DNA of 64,000 nt from Pseudomonadota bacterium (GCA_031416315.1 JANOTL010000061.1:1-64000), one strand, 5' to 3'. Shown: positions 8,007 to 17,965, counted from the stretch's first letter. Notes: generated by a model from the sequence alone, not told the origin. Numbers and translations are program-made.

Positions 8007-10283
8007 GTGCCCGTGGTGACGAAGAGCGCGAAAATCCTAGCGACGACCGGTGGCGTGCTGCTGCTCGCGATCGGCGCGCTCGAGGCGCGTGCGGCGACGG
8101 GGACGGGAGTCGACGTCTCGACGCTCTTGTCGATGCCGGCACTGCGCGTGACCGAGCTCGCCGCGGAGACCAGGCTGCCGAAGCTGGCGTTCGCGAACAC
8201 CAAGCCCGCGAAGTCGATCGTCGAGGACGAGATCGAGCTTGCCGTCGGCGCCATGCCCCTTCAAGACCTGATCGCGACCGGCTCGATGTCGGTACGTCAG
8301 CTGATCGACGCGACCGTCGGCGTCGCGAAGCAAGAAAAAACCGCGCCGTCTGCGCCAGTCGTCACGGTCGCGAAAGCGAAGCCCGCGCCGAAAGGCGATC
8401 TCACCGTGCGCGTCGTGATCCCGGAAGAGCCGGGCCGTGAAGCGCGCGCCGAGAAGCTGACGACCGAAAAAGCGCGCATCGAGTCCGGAGCTCTCAAAGC
8501 CAAGGTCAAGGTCGCTGCGAAGGCCCGTGAAGCGAATCAACGCAACCATGAGATCGTGCTGGACGTCGAAGAGACGGCCGGCGGCATCAAGCTCTCCGCG
8601 GAGTCGCTGTCGCTCGGGAAGCTCGATGCGGAAGCCACCATTCGCGTCAAAGCGAAGGCCGGCTCCGTCGCGCTTTTCGTCCGCGATCAAGATATCGTGC
8701 AACTCGACCAAGGCGCATCGAAGCTCAAGGCCCGCAAAGGCGGCACCACCGAGCTTTATGTCGTCGCCGCGGGCAAGATGTACATCGTTCCGATCAAGGT
8801 CGAGAGCGGCGATTCGAATTGGGACCTCAAGGTTCCGGACGCCCTCGTCAGCTTGAACGGCCTGTTCACCGAGAAAGCTTCGGCGAACTATCCGACCTTC
8901 GATGCGCCGTCGACCGAGCTCGCGCCCCGCACCCCCCCGGCTGCCGCCGAGACCGCTCCCTCCCTGCAAGACAGCGTCGCCGACCAGGCGCGCGCCGACC
9001 TCGCCCACGGCGACGAGCAGCATTTCTCCGCCGCCCCCGGCGAGCTTGCCTACAAGGCCGTCACCATCCAAGTCGTCGACGAGCGCACCTCTGTCGACGG
9101 CGTCCGCGTCTTCCCGGCCGGGAACGTCAAGGTCCGCTTGGTCGGCACTGAGTTCCAAGGCCACACCGACGCGACCGGTCAGCTGACCATCCGCGATATG
9201 CCGCTCGACTCCCGCTTCCTCGTCGCCATCGACGACGAGACCGGCGCCATGCGCTCGACTATGGCCGAGATCAACACCGACGAAGCCTCCGGCCAGGTCA
9301 TGCGCGTTCGCGGCATCCGGGGCTTCGCCTTCGACGCTTACAGCGAAGCCGCAGGCTCGGTCGCCGACATGAGCCTCGGCTCGATGTGCGGCAACGTCTA
9401 CGACCTGGTCGGCGAAGGCAGGTCCCTGACCGCCAACGTCGCCATCGAGCTCGACGCCGACGCCGAAGGCCCCTTCTACTTCAACAACTTCGGCTTTCTC
9501 GACCGCGGCATGCACGCCACGGGCCTCGACGGCCGCTTCTGTTTCTTCAATATCTCCCCGGGCCCGATTGCCGTCACGCTGTACGAAGCGGAAGCGCCGG
9601 TCGCCACGGTGCCGCTCTCCATCTTCGCCGGCCGTCACGTCGAAGAAGACCTGATCCTCGGCCAAGAGCAACACCTCGTCGCCCGCCTCGCGACCCTAGG
9701 CACGGCCAACGAGCAGCTCAACGGCGACCCGCGCCTCGCGCAGCGCCTCCGCACGGTCGACATGATCGACCTCATCCCCCTCGGCACGACCGACCCCATG
9801 ATGCAGCTCGGCTCCGGCCAAGTCGCCACCAGCAACGCGCTCATGGAATCCCACGGCCGGGTCTTCGCCTTCGCCCAGGCCGCCGAGTTCGAGCCGACCG
9901 TCTACGCCTTCGCCGCCGGCGCCGAGGACGCGGTCACCCCGCTCGTCCCGCGCGGCTTCGTCGAGGACATGGCCGTCTTCGCCCAGGTCAGCTACGACCC
10001 GGCCCTTGGGGTCGTCGTCTCCGACTTCAACCATCCGGCCAGCGCCGAAGGCGATACGATCGCGATGCACCTCGTCGACTCGGTCGGGCAGGACGTCGGC
10101 GACGGCTGGTACTACAGCGACTCCCCGAACACCAAGGCGATCTTCTTCAACGTCCCCGCTGGCACCTACACCTTGCTCGTCGAGACCAAGGACGGCTACT
10201 GGCTCGGTGCCGAGACGGTCATCGTCTATAATGAGACGGTGTCCTACGCGCGGCTGGGCGGCGAGATTCGTTACCGTCCGTGA
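8007..10283 (+). CDS. Large exported beta-rich protein with carboxypeptidase-regulatory-like (Ig-like) modules
   Basis: N-terminal hydrophobic segment; repeated TDATGQLTIRDMP, TGLDGRFCFFNISPG and AIFFNVPAGTYTL motifs; strong codon bias. Confidence 0.6.
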   Translation: MPVVTKSAKILATTGGVLLLAIGALEARAATGTGVDVSTLLSMPALRVTELAAETRLPKLAFANTKPAKSIVEDEIELAVGAMPLQDLIATGSMSVRQLIDATVGVAKQEKTAPSAPVVTVAKAKPAPKGDLTVRVVIPEEPGREARAEKLTTEKARIESGALKAKVKVAAKAREANQRNHEIVLDVEETAGGIKLSAESLSLGKLDAEATIRVKAKAGSVALFVRDQDIVQLDQGASKLKARKGGTTELYVVAAGKMYIVPIKVESGDSNWDLKVPDALVSLNGLFTEKASANYPTFDAPSTELAPRTPPAAAETAPSLQDSVADQARADLAHGDEQHFSAAPGELAYKAVTIQVVDERTSVDGVRVFPAGNVKVRLVGTEFQGHTDATGQLTIRDMPLDSRFLVAIDDETGAMRSTMAEINTDEASGQVMRVRGIRGFAFDAYSEAAGSVADMSLGSMCGNVYDLVGEGRSLTANVAIELDADAEGPFYFNNFGFLDRGMHATGLDGRFCFFNISPGPIAVTLYEAEAPVATVPLSIFAGRHVEEDLILGQEQHLVARLATLGTANEQLNGDPRLAQRLRTVDMIDLIPLGTTDPMMQLGSGQVATSNALMESHGRVFAFAQAAEFEPTVYAFAAGAEDAVTPLVPRGFVEDMAVFAQVSYDPALGVVVSDFNHPASAEGDTIAMHLVDSVGQDVGDGWYYSDSPNTKAIFFNVPAGTYTLLVETKDGYWLGAETVIVYNETVSYARLGGEIRYRP

Positions 10284-10306
10284 TCGACTAAAAAGCGGCG
10301 GCGGCC

Positions 10307-10771
10307 TTGGAGATCTCCCAGAAAAACGACGTGTTTTTCATCGCCGGGCGGCTCGATGAATTCGCGGACTTCGCGCCCCTCGCGGCCGCGGCGGCGCCGC
10401 TCAAGCTGAACATCGGCCGCATCACCTCGATCAACAGCGTCGGCGTGCGGAAGTTCCTGGCCTTCACCCTGGCCTGGTCGCCGAAAGTCTTCGAGTTCTA
10501 CGACTGCACCCCCGAGTTCATCGCCAATGTGAACGTCATCCCGCAGATGCTCGGCAAATCGGCCGACGAAACGCAGATCAAGACCTTTTACGTCCCGTTT
10601 AGCTGCGAGAACTGCAAGCGCGTCGAGAACATCCTGTTCGATCGCTCCTCGATCAGCAAAGACGACGACGGCGAGGTCGTCCTCGGGTCGCGAAAGTGCT
10701 CGAAGTGCGGCGAGCCGCTCGACCTCGACGTCGAGAAGAACGAGTTCTTCATGTTCCTCAGCGGGACTTGA
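10307..10771 (+). CDS. STAS-like domain protein with C-terminal Zn ribbon
   Basis: GRLDE...LNIGRITSINSVGVR (STAS-like, Ser at the usual phosphorylation site) followed by CENC...CSKC. Confidence 0.7.
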   Translation: MEISQKNDVFFIAGRLDEFADFAPLAAAAAPLKLNIGRITSINSVGVRKFLAFTLAWSPKVFEFYDCTPEFIANVNVIPQMLGKSADETQIKTFYVPFSCENCKRVENILFDRSSISKDDDGEVVLGSRKCSKCGEPLDLDVEKNEFFMFLSGT

Positions 10772-11516
10772 AGTCCGCGAGGCTCACGTCGAGAAGGCCG
10801 TAAACTGCGGGCTTCTGCCGATCGAGCCAACGGCCCAGGACCAAAGCGCCGTCCGCGAAGAGCTGGCGCGAGAAGGCGCGATGGCTCAGCGTGATCTCGT
10901 CGTGATCGCCGATCATCCTGATCTCGTGCTCTCCGAAGACGCCGCCGCCCCGAACCGAGCTGACGCCGATCTCGCCCGCTTGGCGCTCGCCGCTGCGATT
11001 GAAGCGCGCCTTAAGCGCCGGCGCGCCCTGCACGACCGCCTGCGTCAGGAATTTGGCGGTGCCGGACGGCGCGTCCTTTTTCATCCGATGATGTGTCTCG
11101 GTGATCTCGACGTCGTAATTCAAGCCGGAAAGCTCGCGCGCGAGCTGCATCGCCGCCTTGGCGACCAAGAGGACGCCGACGCTCGTGTTCGGCGCGACCA
11201 TCAGCGCCAGATCCGAGGGAATCGCGAGCGCGCGCCATTTTTCCAGCGCCGCCTCGCTAAGCCCGGTCGTGCCGATCAACACGGCTTTGCCGCGGATTCT
11301 GCCGCTGACGAACGCCTCGTACAGGAAGGCGTTGCCCTCCGGGCTCGAGAAATCCACGATCAAACGCACGTTCGACTTCGCCAGCGCCGCGGCGAGCTTC
11401 GCGGGCAGGGACGGGTCGCCGGCCGCGCTACCGCCGGAGATCGGCACCGCGGCTGAGGCCGCCGCCTTCAGAATCTCCTGGCCCATGCGGCCCGAATTGC
11501 CGTGCATCCAGAGCAC
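10758..11516 (-). CDS. dapB: 4-hydroxy-tetrahydrodipicolinate reductase
   Basis: GNSGRMG, VDFS, IGTTG, ETHHRMKKDAPSGTA, GEHEI, HRAFSR. Confidence 0.95.
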   Translation of the reverse strand: MLWMHGNSGRMGQEILKAAASAAVPISGGSAAGDPSLPAKLAAALAKSNVRLIVDFSSPEGNAFLYEAFVSGRIRGKAVLIGTTGLSEAALEKWRALAIPSDLALMVAPNTSVGVLLVAKAAMQLARELSGLNYDVEITETHHRMKKDAPSGTAKFLTQAVVQGAPALKARFNRSGERQAGEIGVSSVRGGGVFGEHEIRMIGDHDEITLSHRAFSRQLFADGALVLGRWLDRQKPAVYGLLDVSLADFKSR

Positions 11517-11525
11517 GCGCGACCC

Positions 11526-12434
11526 TCAGCGCAGCCGCGCGAGCTGCTCGCGGGCAGTCGCGAACGTGGCTCGGATCTTGTCTTCGTTGGCGGCGGTCAC
11601 GGGCGCGAGCGGCGGGCGGAGCACGTTCTTCGCGAGGCCCAGCGCGTTCAAAGCCACTTTCAGCGGGCACGGATTCACTTCGCTGAACAAGGCGTCGATC
11701 GCTGGCATCAAAGCCTCGTGGATCGCGCGCGCCTTTTTCACGTCGCCGCGCTCAAACGCCTCGGTGAGCTCCACCATTTCCAGCGGGAAAACATTGGAGA
11801 CGACGCTGATCACCCCTTGGCCGCCGACGGCGAGGCTCGCCAGGTATGTCGGATCGTCGCCGGAAAGAATGGGTAGGCCCGTGCGCGTGACGACGCGGGA
11901 GAAGAACGCGACGTCGCCCGTCGCTTCCTTGATCGCGCCCAGGCTTGGAATCTGGGCCAAAGCCGCGATCTGATCTACGGTCAGGAGCTGCGCCGTGCGG
12001 CCCGGCACGTGATAGAGGCAGATCGGCAGCTTCACGGCGGAGGCGATCGCCTGATAGTGCAGGACCAAACCTGCAAGCGAGGGCTTGTTGTAGGGTGGGG
12101 TCACGACGAGGAGGCTGTCGGCGCCCGCATCCTCGGCGAGGCGCGAGAGCTCGACGCTCTGCTTGGTATTGTTGTCGCCGGAGCCGGCCATGACGCGCAC
12201 CTTGGGCGAGAGGCGGGCGCGAGCGCGGCGGACGAGAGAGAGCTTCTCCTGGAAAGTCAGGGTCGGCGATTCGCCGGTCGTGCCGGCGATGACGATGCCC
12301 GCGACGCGGCCTTTTTCCTGCTCGGCGAGGAGGCGGTCGAAGGCGTCGTAGTCGATCTCTTGGTCGTCGCGGAAGGGGGTCGCCAGCGCCGTCCACACCC
12401 CGCGGAAATCGTTGAGAGATTTAGTGATCTGCAT
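11526..12434 (-). CDS. dapA: 4-hydroxy-tetrahydrodipicolinate synthase
   Basis: TALATPF, GTTGESPTL, PPYNKP, YHVPGRT, IKEATG, SGDD. Confidence 0.95.
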   Translation of the reverse strand: MQITKSLNDFRGVWTALATPFRDDQEIDYDAFDRLLAEQEKGRVAGIVIAGTTGESPTLTFQEKLSLVRRARARLSPKVRVMAGSGDNNTKQSVELSRLAEDAGADSLLVVTPPYNKPSLAGLVLHYQAIASAVKLPICLYHVPGRTAQLLTVDQIAALAQIPSLGAIKEATGDVAFFSRVVTRTGLPILSGDDPTYLASLAVGGQGVISVVSNVFPLEMVELTEAFERGDVKKARAIHEALMPAIDALFSEVNPCPLKVALNALGLAKNVLRPPLAPVTAANEDKIRATFATAREQLARLR

Positions 12435-12436
12435 CG

Positions 12437-13816
12437 CTAGGGCGCTTTCGGGTCGCGGAACGGAATGTCGGGACGGAACTCGACGACTTCGCTTTTGGGC
12501 CGAGTTTTTAGGCCGCAGCCTCCCAAAGCGAGGAGGCTAGGCACGACGACGGCGACGGCCAAGACCAGAGTCGCGCCCAGGCCGATGAAGCGCTCGGCCA
12601 GGTGCTTCGCGCGTTTCGCGGCTTCGAGCTTCTGCGCATGCTGCGCGCCCATGGTGCTCCGGTCCTTGGCGAGGGCCGTGAGCGTCGTGAGGGAGGTATC
12701 GGTCAGCGCAGGGTGGATCTTCGCGAGCTCGCTCGAGAGGAGCTCGGAAGGCCGCGCACGGTGCTCGTCGAGATAGCGGAAGAGGCTCGCCGCCGCGTCT
12801 TCGGCCGTTTTCGGGCCGATGCCGGTCGCGACGAGGTCGATGGCGATACGGCGACGCGTCGCCTCTGGATAGACGACCTTCGGCTGCGGGCCGCTCGTCT
12901 GGGTGGCCGTCGAGGTCACGGAGACGCCCGTGCTGAGGGAAGCGAGGCTTTCAGCAGCGAGGTGCCTCAGGGCCGCGTTGACGCCGTCTAGCGCGCCGAC
13001 GAGGGCGATCCGACGGACTTCCCAGTCGGTGAGGGTCGCAAGCGTCGGCAAGGCCTCGCTTTCGGGGAGCTCGAGCGCCTCGAGGCGACGGATCTCCGCG
13101 GACAAACTTTCGCCAGCAAGTGCCGGGGCATACGATGCCGATCGCTCCCCTGCATTGAGCTCGCGGTTGACGCGTTGAGCGGCATCGCCGACCAGGGCGA
13201 GTGCCGTCGAAAGACGGCGTTTGGCGCAACGCTCGGCGAAGCCCGGGAGGGACGGCTCGGTGATCCCGTCGAATCCGAGAGCCTCCGCCATGGCGCGATC
13301 GACGCTGCGGTCGTTCTCCGTCTCTGCGTCAAGGCCGTGCGCGTTCATGCGTGAGAGCTCGACCGCGACGGCTGCGAGCGCCTCGGCCGCCTCCGCGAGA
13401 ATCTGCGAGAAATCGAGGATGAGGCTCGCATAGAGCGTCTCGCGCTCCGGCTTGCCGCCGCGGCGGAGGAGGAGGCCGCGGTTGAAATTCAGCTCGGCCT
13501 TCTTCAGAAGCTGCTGGCCCCAGCCGGTAAGCGTGCGGCGCGTCTCCGTTACACCGCGTTTCAGCGTGTGGCGCGCGAGGTTCAGCGCCAGGCCGCGGGT
13601 CCCGAATCTAAGGCGCAGGACGTCGAGGCAGGCGGCCCCCTGCCGATCGAGCTCGAGTAGCGCCGGCCGCTCACGCGCCCCGGCGTCCGCGTTGATCGCG
13701 GAAAGGGCGAGCCGTAGGTCGTCGACGTCTTTCGAGGTCGCAAGTCCATGCTCGGAGAGGACGCGCGCGGCGGAGCTCAAGAATTCGACGACCGTGGCGT
13801 TATCGAGGCGCTTCAT
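12437..13816 (-). CDS. Degenerate argininosuccinate lyase-like protein fused to a C-terminal TM + lipobox (LptM/LppL-like) tail
   Basis: ArgH-like segments (ARVLSEHGL..DVDDL, DRAMAEALGFDGITEPSL, SELLSSELAKIHP); no GSSxMPxKxN or TGRSRND; tail LLALGGCGLKTRP. ATG 13816 follows GGAGG. Confidence 0.55.
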   Translation of the reverse strand: MKRLDNATVVEFLSSAARVLSEHGLATSKDVDDLRLALSAINADAGARERPALLELDRQGAACLDVLRLRFGTRGLALNLARHTLKRGVTETRRTLTGWGQQLLKKAELNFNRGLLLRRGGKPERETLYASLILDFSQILAEAAEALAAVAVELSRMNAHGLDAETENDRSVDRAMAEALGFDGITEPSLPGFAERCAKRRLSTALALVGDAAQRVNRELNAGERSASYAPALAGESLSAEIRRLEALELPESEALPTLATLTDWEVRRIALVGALDGVNAALRHLAAESLASLSTGVSVTSTATQTSGPQPKVVYPEATRRRIAIDLVATGIGPKTAEDAAASLFRYLDEHRARPSELLSSELAKIHPALTDTSLTTLTALAKDRSTMGAQHAQKLEAAKRAKHLAERFIGLGATLVLAVAVVVPSLLALGGCGLKTRPKSEVVEFRPDIPFRDPKAP

Positions 13817-13860
13817 CGCGCCTCCGTCGTACGGCATGTCGAACATGAGCTAGACCTCGT

Positions 13861-15486
13861 TCAGAAATGGAACGCGGCGAACGTCTGGATCAGAAGGTCG
13901 TTGGTCGGCTCGATTTCACTGTCGACCTTCCAGGCGTCACCAGGGGAAGCGGCGGCCAAAGACCCGCCCAGCTCGGCTTCGCGGCCGACTTTGTAAGTGT
14001 AGGTGAGGTCCAGCTCGTAGCCCAGGCTCTTTCCGTAGAAGCCGGCGGGACGGTCGGTCCCCGGATGCCTCGCGGCATCGTTGTAATAAGCCTTCACGTC
14101 CGCCGGCGCCGTTTGGCTCAGGCTCGCGGTGATCAGCTTCACTTCGATGTCGCCGGTCGTCATGCTCTCATAGCGGTAACCCGTCGCAAACATGGTCGCG
14201 TTCATCATCCGACCCGGGTTGAAGGCGCCGTCGACCTTGAAGCGGTCGGCTTCCGGGCGGGCATTGAAAAGCAGCAATGCCGGCTTGTAGTTGCGGTGAA
14301 AAGCGATGGCCTTCGCGCCGTCGTCGGTATCGCCGCGCTCTCCCATGCCGAGAAGCTTCGCGTCGCTCGCGTCAGCTGGACGGTACCCGTCGGCGTCGCC
14401 TGGGGCATAGCCGTAGTTGAAGAAGATCACGTGGCGCGTCGCGTCTCCCTTGTTGTACTCCACCGGGCCGATGGCCGCGCCCGAGCGCGATAGGGTCCAA
14501 TCGACGGAGCCTGCAATGGAGATCGAGGCCAATTTGTTGGTCACCACGCCGCCGTCACCGATCACCGCGCCGCCGTATGCCTGCCAGTTCGGATCCGCGG
14601 ACTTGCCCATGCGGAAGAGCACTTCGTTGCGGAGCGACAGGTCGGCGAAGAAAAAGCCGGTGTAGAGGTCGAGGAACTTGAGGTCGGTGTTGGATCCTTC
14701 AGGCAGCTTATGGCCCGAGATCTGCGCGAAATAAACACCGACTTGTTTGGTGAACGCGGCTCCGGCGTTGGCCTTGCGGTCGTCGTATTCGATCGTGAAG
14801 AAGTACTGGTCGAGGTCGTCTTCCTGGTCGTTGGCGCCGAAGCGGCGGTCGCCGCCGAGGGCCTTGGCGTCGACGTAGGAGCCGGTTTCCGCGAGCTTGT
14901 CGTAGCCGATGGAGAGACCCAGGGTCTGGGTTTTCTGGATGTTGATGTTGCAGGTGATGCCGTCGAAGACCGAGGCATCGGTGTCGAAAGGTTTCGAGCC
15001 TGAGTCGAGGAAGATCCCGAGGCCCCAGTCGCGGCCGCGCCGGCCGGCTTCGACGATGCAGTAGTCGAACGCATAACGAACGTAGGCTTTGGTGACTTGC
15101 GGCGTGTAAGGCTTGTAGCCGGGTTCGCCTGTGTTCTGGTGTTCCGTCGGGCAGGGCTTCGGCTGGCCGTAGGCATCCGCGCCGCAATCGAGCGTGTCCC
15201 GCGCCTGCGGCTCGTCGCCGAGATAGGCGGCGCGCGGATTGTTGAACAGCCGGAACTCAAGGAACATGCTCGACAGGTCGTTGAAGCGCGCTTCGCCCTG
15301 CAGGCGGAAGCTTTGCTGGATCGCCTGGTAGGTGCCGGTCTTCTTCGAGAAGGCTGGCGCCGTCTCCGTCTCGCCGCGGAGGCCGTAGTGGCCGTCACCG
15401 TCGACGAAGAAACCGAAAGCTTGCGGGGCTGCGAGGGACGCCGCAAGGATCAGGGCCAAAAGCAGCGGACGGCGGGAGAGCGTCAT
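13861..15486 (-). CDS. Outer-membrane beta-barrel protein (porin or exporter-like)
   Basis: Signal peptide ending AFG; GRRGRDWGLGI; LGYELDLTYTY; C-terminal Phe (TFAAFHF), typical of a beta-signal. Confidence 0.75.
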   Translation of the reverse strand: MTLSRRPLLLALILAASLAAPQAFGFFVDGDGHYGLRGETETAPAFSKKTGTYQAIQQSFRLQGEARFNDLSSMFLEFRLFNNPRAAYLGDEPQARDTLDCGADAYGQPKPCPTEHQNTGEPGYKPYTPQVTKAYVRYAFDYCIVEAGRRGRDWGLGIFLDSGSKPFDTDASVFDGITCNINIQKTQTLGLSIGYDKLAETGSYVDAKALGGDRRFGANDQEDDLDQYFFTIEYDDRKANAGAAFTKQVGVYFAQISGHKLPEGSNTDLKFLDLYTGFFFADLSLRNEVLFRMGKSADPNWQAYGGAVIGDGGVVTNKLASISIAGSVDWTLSRSGAAIGPVEYNKGDATRHVIFFNYGYAPGDADGYRPADASDAKLLGMGERGDTDDGAKAIAFHRNYKPALLLFNARPEADRFKVDGAFNPGRMMNATMFATGYRYESMTTGDIEVKLITASLSQTAPADVKAYYNDAARHPGTDRPAGFYGKSLGYELDLTYTYKVGREAELGGSLAAASPGDAWKVDSEIEPTNDLLIQTFAAFHF

Positions 15487-15577
15487 GGGCATCCTTCTCG
15501 TTCTCGTAACTAAGGACAATCGGAGGAAAGATTGCCACGGCGACCGCGGAGGGACAAGCGACATCGGCCACGAACGC

Positions 15578-16396
15578 CTACGAATCAGCGCCTTCGACGG
15601 ATTCACCCAATTCCCATCGAAAGCGGCGGATCGACCGGCAGAATCCGGTCGCCTCGTCGACGTCGGCGACGATGAAGCACATCCAGGGATCGTCGGTCGC
15701 GGGCTCGAATTTCTTCTTTTCTCCGGTCAAAAGGCGGTGAATGGCCGCCTCTTTCTTGATCCCGATGACCGAGGCGTAGCCGCCCGTCATGCCCAGGTCG
15801 GTGACGAAGCCCGTCTTGCCCTCGAGGACACGCTCGTCTGCCGTCGGCACGTGCGTGTGCGTGCCGTAGACGAGGGAGGCGCGGCCCTTCAGATGCCAGC
15901 CTAACCCCTGCTTTTCGCTAGAGGCCTCGGCATGCATGTCGACGATGCGGATCTTCACGTGCGAGGGGATGTGCTCGAAGAGCTTGTCGACCGCCTTGAA
16001 TGGGCAGCGGTTCTCCCCGTACATGAAGGCTTTTCCGGCGAGATTGACCACGGCGACCTGGGTCCCGTTCTTCGCGGTGACGATACGCAGGCCGTCGTTC
16101 TCGCTTTCGACGTTGGCCATGTTCGCCGGGATGATCAGCCGGTCGGTCTTCGGAAAGAACTCGTAGATCTCGCGCTTGTCGTGCCAGTGGTTGCCCATGG
16201 TCACCGCGTCGATCCCCATCGGGCCGATCATCTCGTCGTAGATTTTCTTGGTGAGCCCGAAGCCGCCCGCTGCGTTCTCGCCGTTCACCAGGACGAAATC
16301 GGGGGAGAATTCCTCGCGGGCGCGCGGAAGAAAGCGTTCCAAGCATCGCCGGCCCGCTTTCCCCATCACGTCCCCGATCGCTAGGATCGTGGTCAT
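15578..16396 (-). CDS. ymdB: YmdB/TIGR00282-type metallophosphoesterase
   Basis: GDVMGKAG, NGENAAGGFG, TMGNH, DMHAEASSEK, GTHTHVPTAD, TDLGMTG; lies directly downstream of rny. Confidence 0.92.
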   Translation of the reverse strand: MTTILAIGDVMGKAGRRCLERFLPRAREEFSPDFVLVNGENAAGGFGLTKKIYDEMIGPMGIDAVTMGNHWHDKREIYEFFPKTDRLIIPANMANVESENDGLRIVTAKNGTQVAVVNLAGKAFMYGENRCPFKAVDKLFEHIPSHVKIRIVDMHAEASSEKQGLGWHLKGRASLVYGTHTHVPTADERVLEGKTGFVTDLGMTGGYASVIGIKKEAAIHRLLTGEKKKFEPATDDPWMCFIVADVDEATGFCRSIRRFRWELGESVEGADS

Positions 16397-17965
16397 TTAC
16401 TTTGCCAGTTCTGAGGCCCGATTTTCGCGGACGACGGTAACGCGCACCTGGCCGGGAAAGGTAATTTCCTGGCGCAATTTCGAGGCGATGTCGTTGGCGA
16501 GGTCGCCGACCTCCCGGTCCGAGATGCCGCTCGGCGTGACCAGGGCGCGGACTTCGTTGCCGGCCTGCATCACGTAAGCGTCCTCGATGCCCTTGAAGTC
16601 CTTGACCAGCTTCTCCATGTCCGACAGGCGCGTGAGATAGGTTTCCATGACTTCGCGGCGCGCGCCGGGGCGGCGTGCCGACAGCTGATTCGCCGTATGA
16701 AGGACGACCGCGTACGCGGAGGCTTGCGCCATGTCGTCGTGGTGATGGAGTCGGATCGCCTCGACCACGATTTCCGACTCGTCGTACTTCGCCGCCAGGT
16801 CCGCCCCGATCTGCTGGTGGTGACCTTCGGTCTCTTGGTCGATGGCCTTGCCGATGTCGTGCAAGATCCCGCAACGCTTAGCTCTTTTGATGTTGAGGCC
16901 CATCTCGCCGGCCATGATGCCGCAGATGTGCGCCGTCTCGACCGCGTGCTGAAGCACGGTCTGAAGGCCGGTCGACCGGTACTTCAGGCGCCCGAGGAGC
17001 TTGATCAGCTCCGGGTGGAGGTCGGTGATGCCGACGTCGAAAGCGGCCTGCTCGCCGTTCTCCCGGATGATCGAGTCGAACTCGCTGGTCACCCGCTTCG
17101 CCGTCTCGTCGATGCGCGCCGGATGGATCCGGCCGTCGCCGATCAACCGCTCGAGTGTGATTTTCGCGATTTCCCGGCGAATCGGGTTGAAGCACGAGAT
17201 GATCACGGCCTCCGGCGTGTCGTCGATGATGAGGTCGACGCCCGTGGCTTGCTCGATCGCCCGGATGTTGCGGCCCTCACGGCCGATGATGCGGCCTTTC
17301 ATGTCGTCGCTGGGCAAGCCGACGACGGTGATCGTCGAGTCGCTGACATATTCGCCGGCGACGCGTTGCACGGCGAGAGACACGACCGAGCGCGCGCGCT
17401 CCTCGGACTCCTTGCGCATCTGATCTTCGATCTGGCGGAGCTTCTCGCGGGCTTCCTTCTTGACCTCGTCCTCGAGGCTTTTCATCAGCTCGCGCTTCGC
17501 CTCTTCCGGCGACATTTTGGCGATGTTTTGCAGTGTTTTGCGGGCCCGGTCGAGGGCGTCCGCACACTCCGCGGTCAGCGCTTGATAGCCCTTCTCTTCC
17601 TTCTGGAGCTTTTGCTCCAAGGTCTCGATCTCGACTTCCCGTTTCTCGACGACCTCGAGCTTCTTTTCGAGCTGCTGCTCACGTTGCTTGATCTTGTTCT
17701 CGAGCTTCTGCATCTCGGAGCGGCGGTTCTTGGCGTCTTCCTCGAACACCGTCCGTGATTTGCGGCTCTCGTTCTTCGCTTCCTGCATTGCCTGTTTGAC
17801 GATGTCGTCGGCTTCGCGGCGTGCTTCCTCGCGCACTTTCTTGGATTCGCCTTCGGCGACCTTGAAGGCCTCTGCCAATTTCTTCTTATGGAGGAAGACG
17901 CCGACGACGAACAAACCGATCAGGACGCCGACGACCACCACCAGACTGCCGATGGCCATGTCCAC
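16397..17965 (-). CDS. rny: Ribonuclease Y
   Basis: N-terminal TM, coiled coil, KH domain (MKGRIIGREGRNIRA), HD domain (LHDIGK), RPGARRE. Confidence 0.96.
   Translation of the reverse strand: MDMAIGSLVVVVGVLIGLFVVGVFLHKKKLAEAFKVAEGESKKVREEARREADDIVKQAMQEAKNESRKSRTVFEEDAKNRRSEMQKLENKIKQREQQLEKKLEVVEKREVEIETLEQKLQKEEKGYQALTAECADALDRARKTLQNIAKMSPEEAKRELMKSLEDEVKKEAREKLRQIEDQMRKESEERARSVVSLAVQRVAGEYVSDSTITVVGLPSDDMKGRIIGREGRNIRAIEQATGVDLIIDDTPEAVIISCFNPIRREIAKITLERLIGDGRIHPARIDETAKRVTSEFDSIIRENGEQAAFDVGITDLHPELIKLLGRLKYRSTGLQTVLQHAVETAHICGIMAGEMGLNIKRAKRCGILHDIGKAIDQETEGHHQQIGADLAAKYDESEIVVEAIRLHHHDDMAQASAYAVVLHTANQLSARRPGARREVMETYLTRLSDMEKLVKDFKGIEDAYVMQAGNEVRALVTPSGISDREVGDLANDIASKLRQEITFPGQVRVTVVRENRASELAK

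Noticed and set aside
7847..8440. 197-aa ORF overlapping the start of the 8007 gene
   Set aside because: Arg-rich alternate-frame translation of the real gene and its promoter region.
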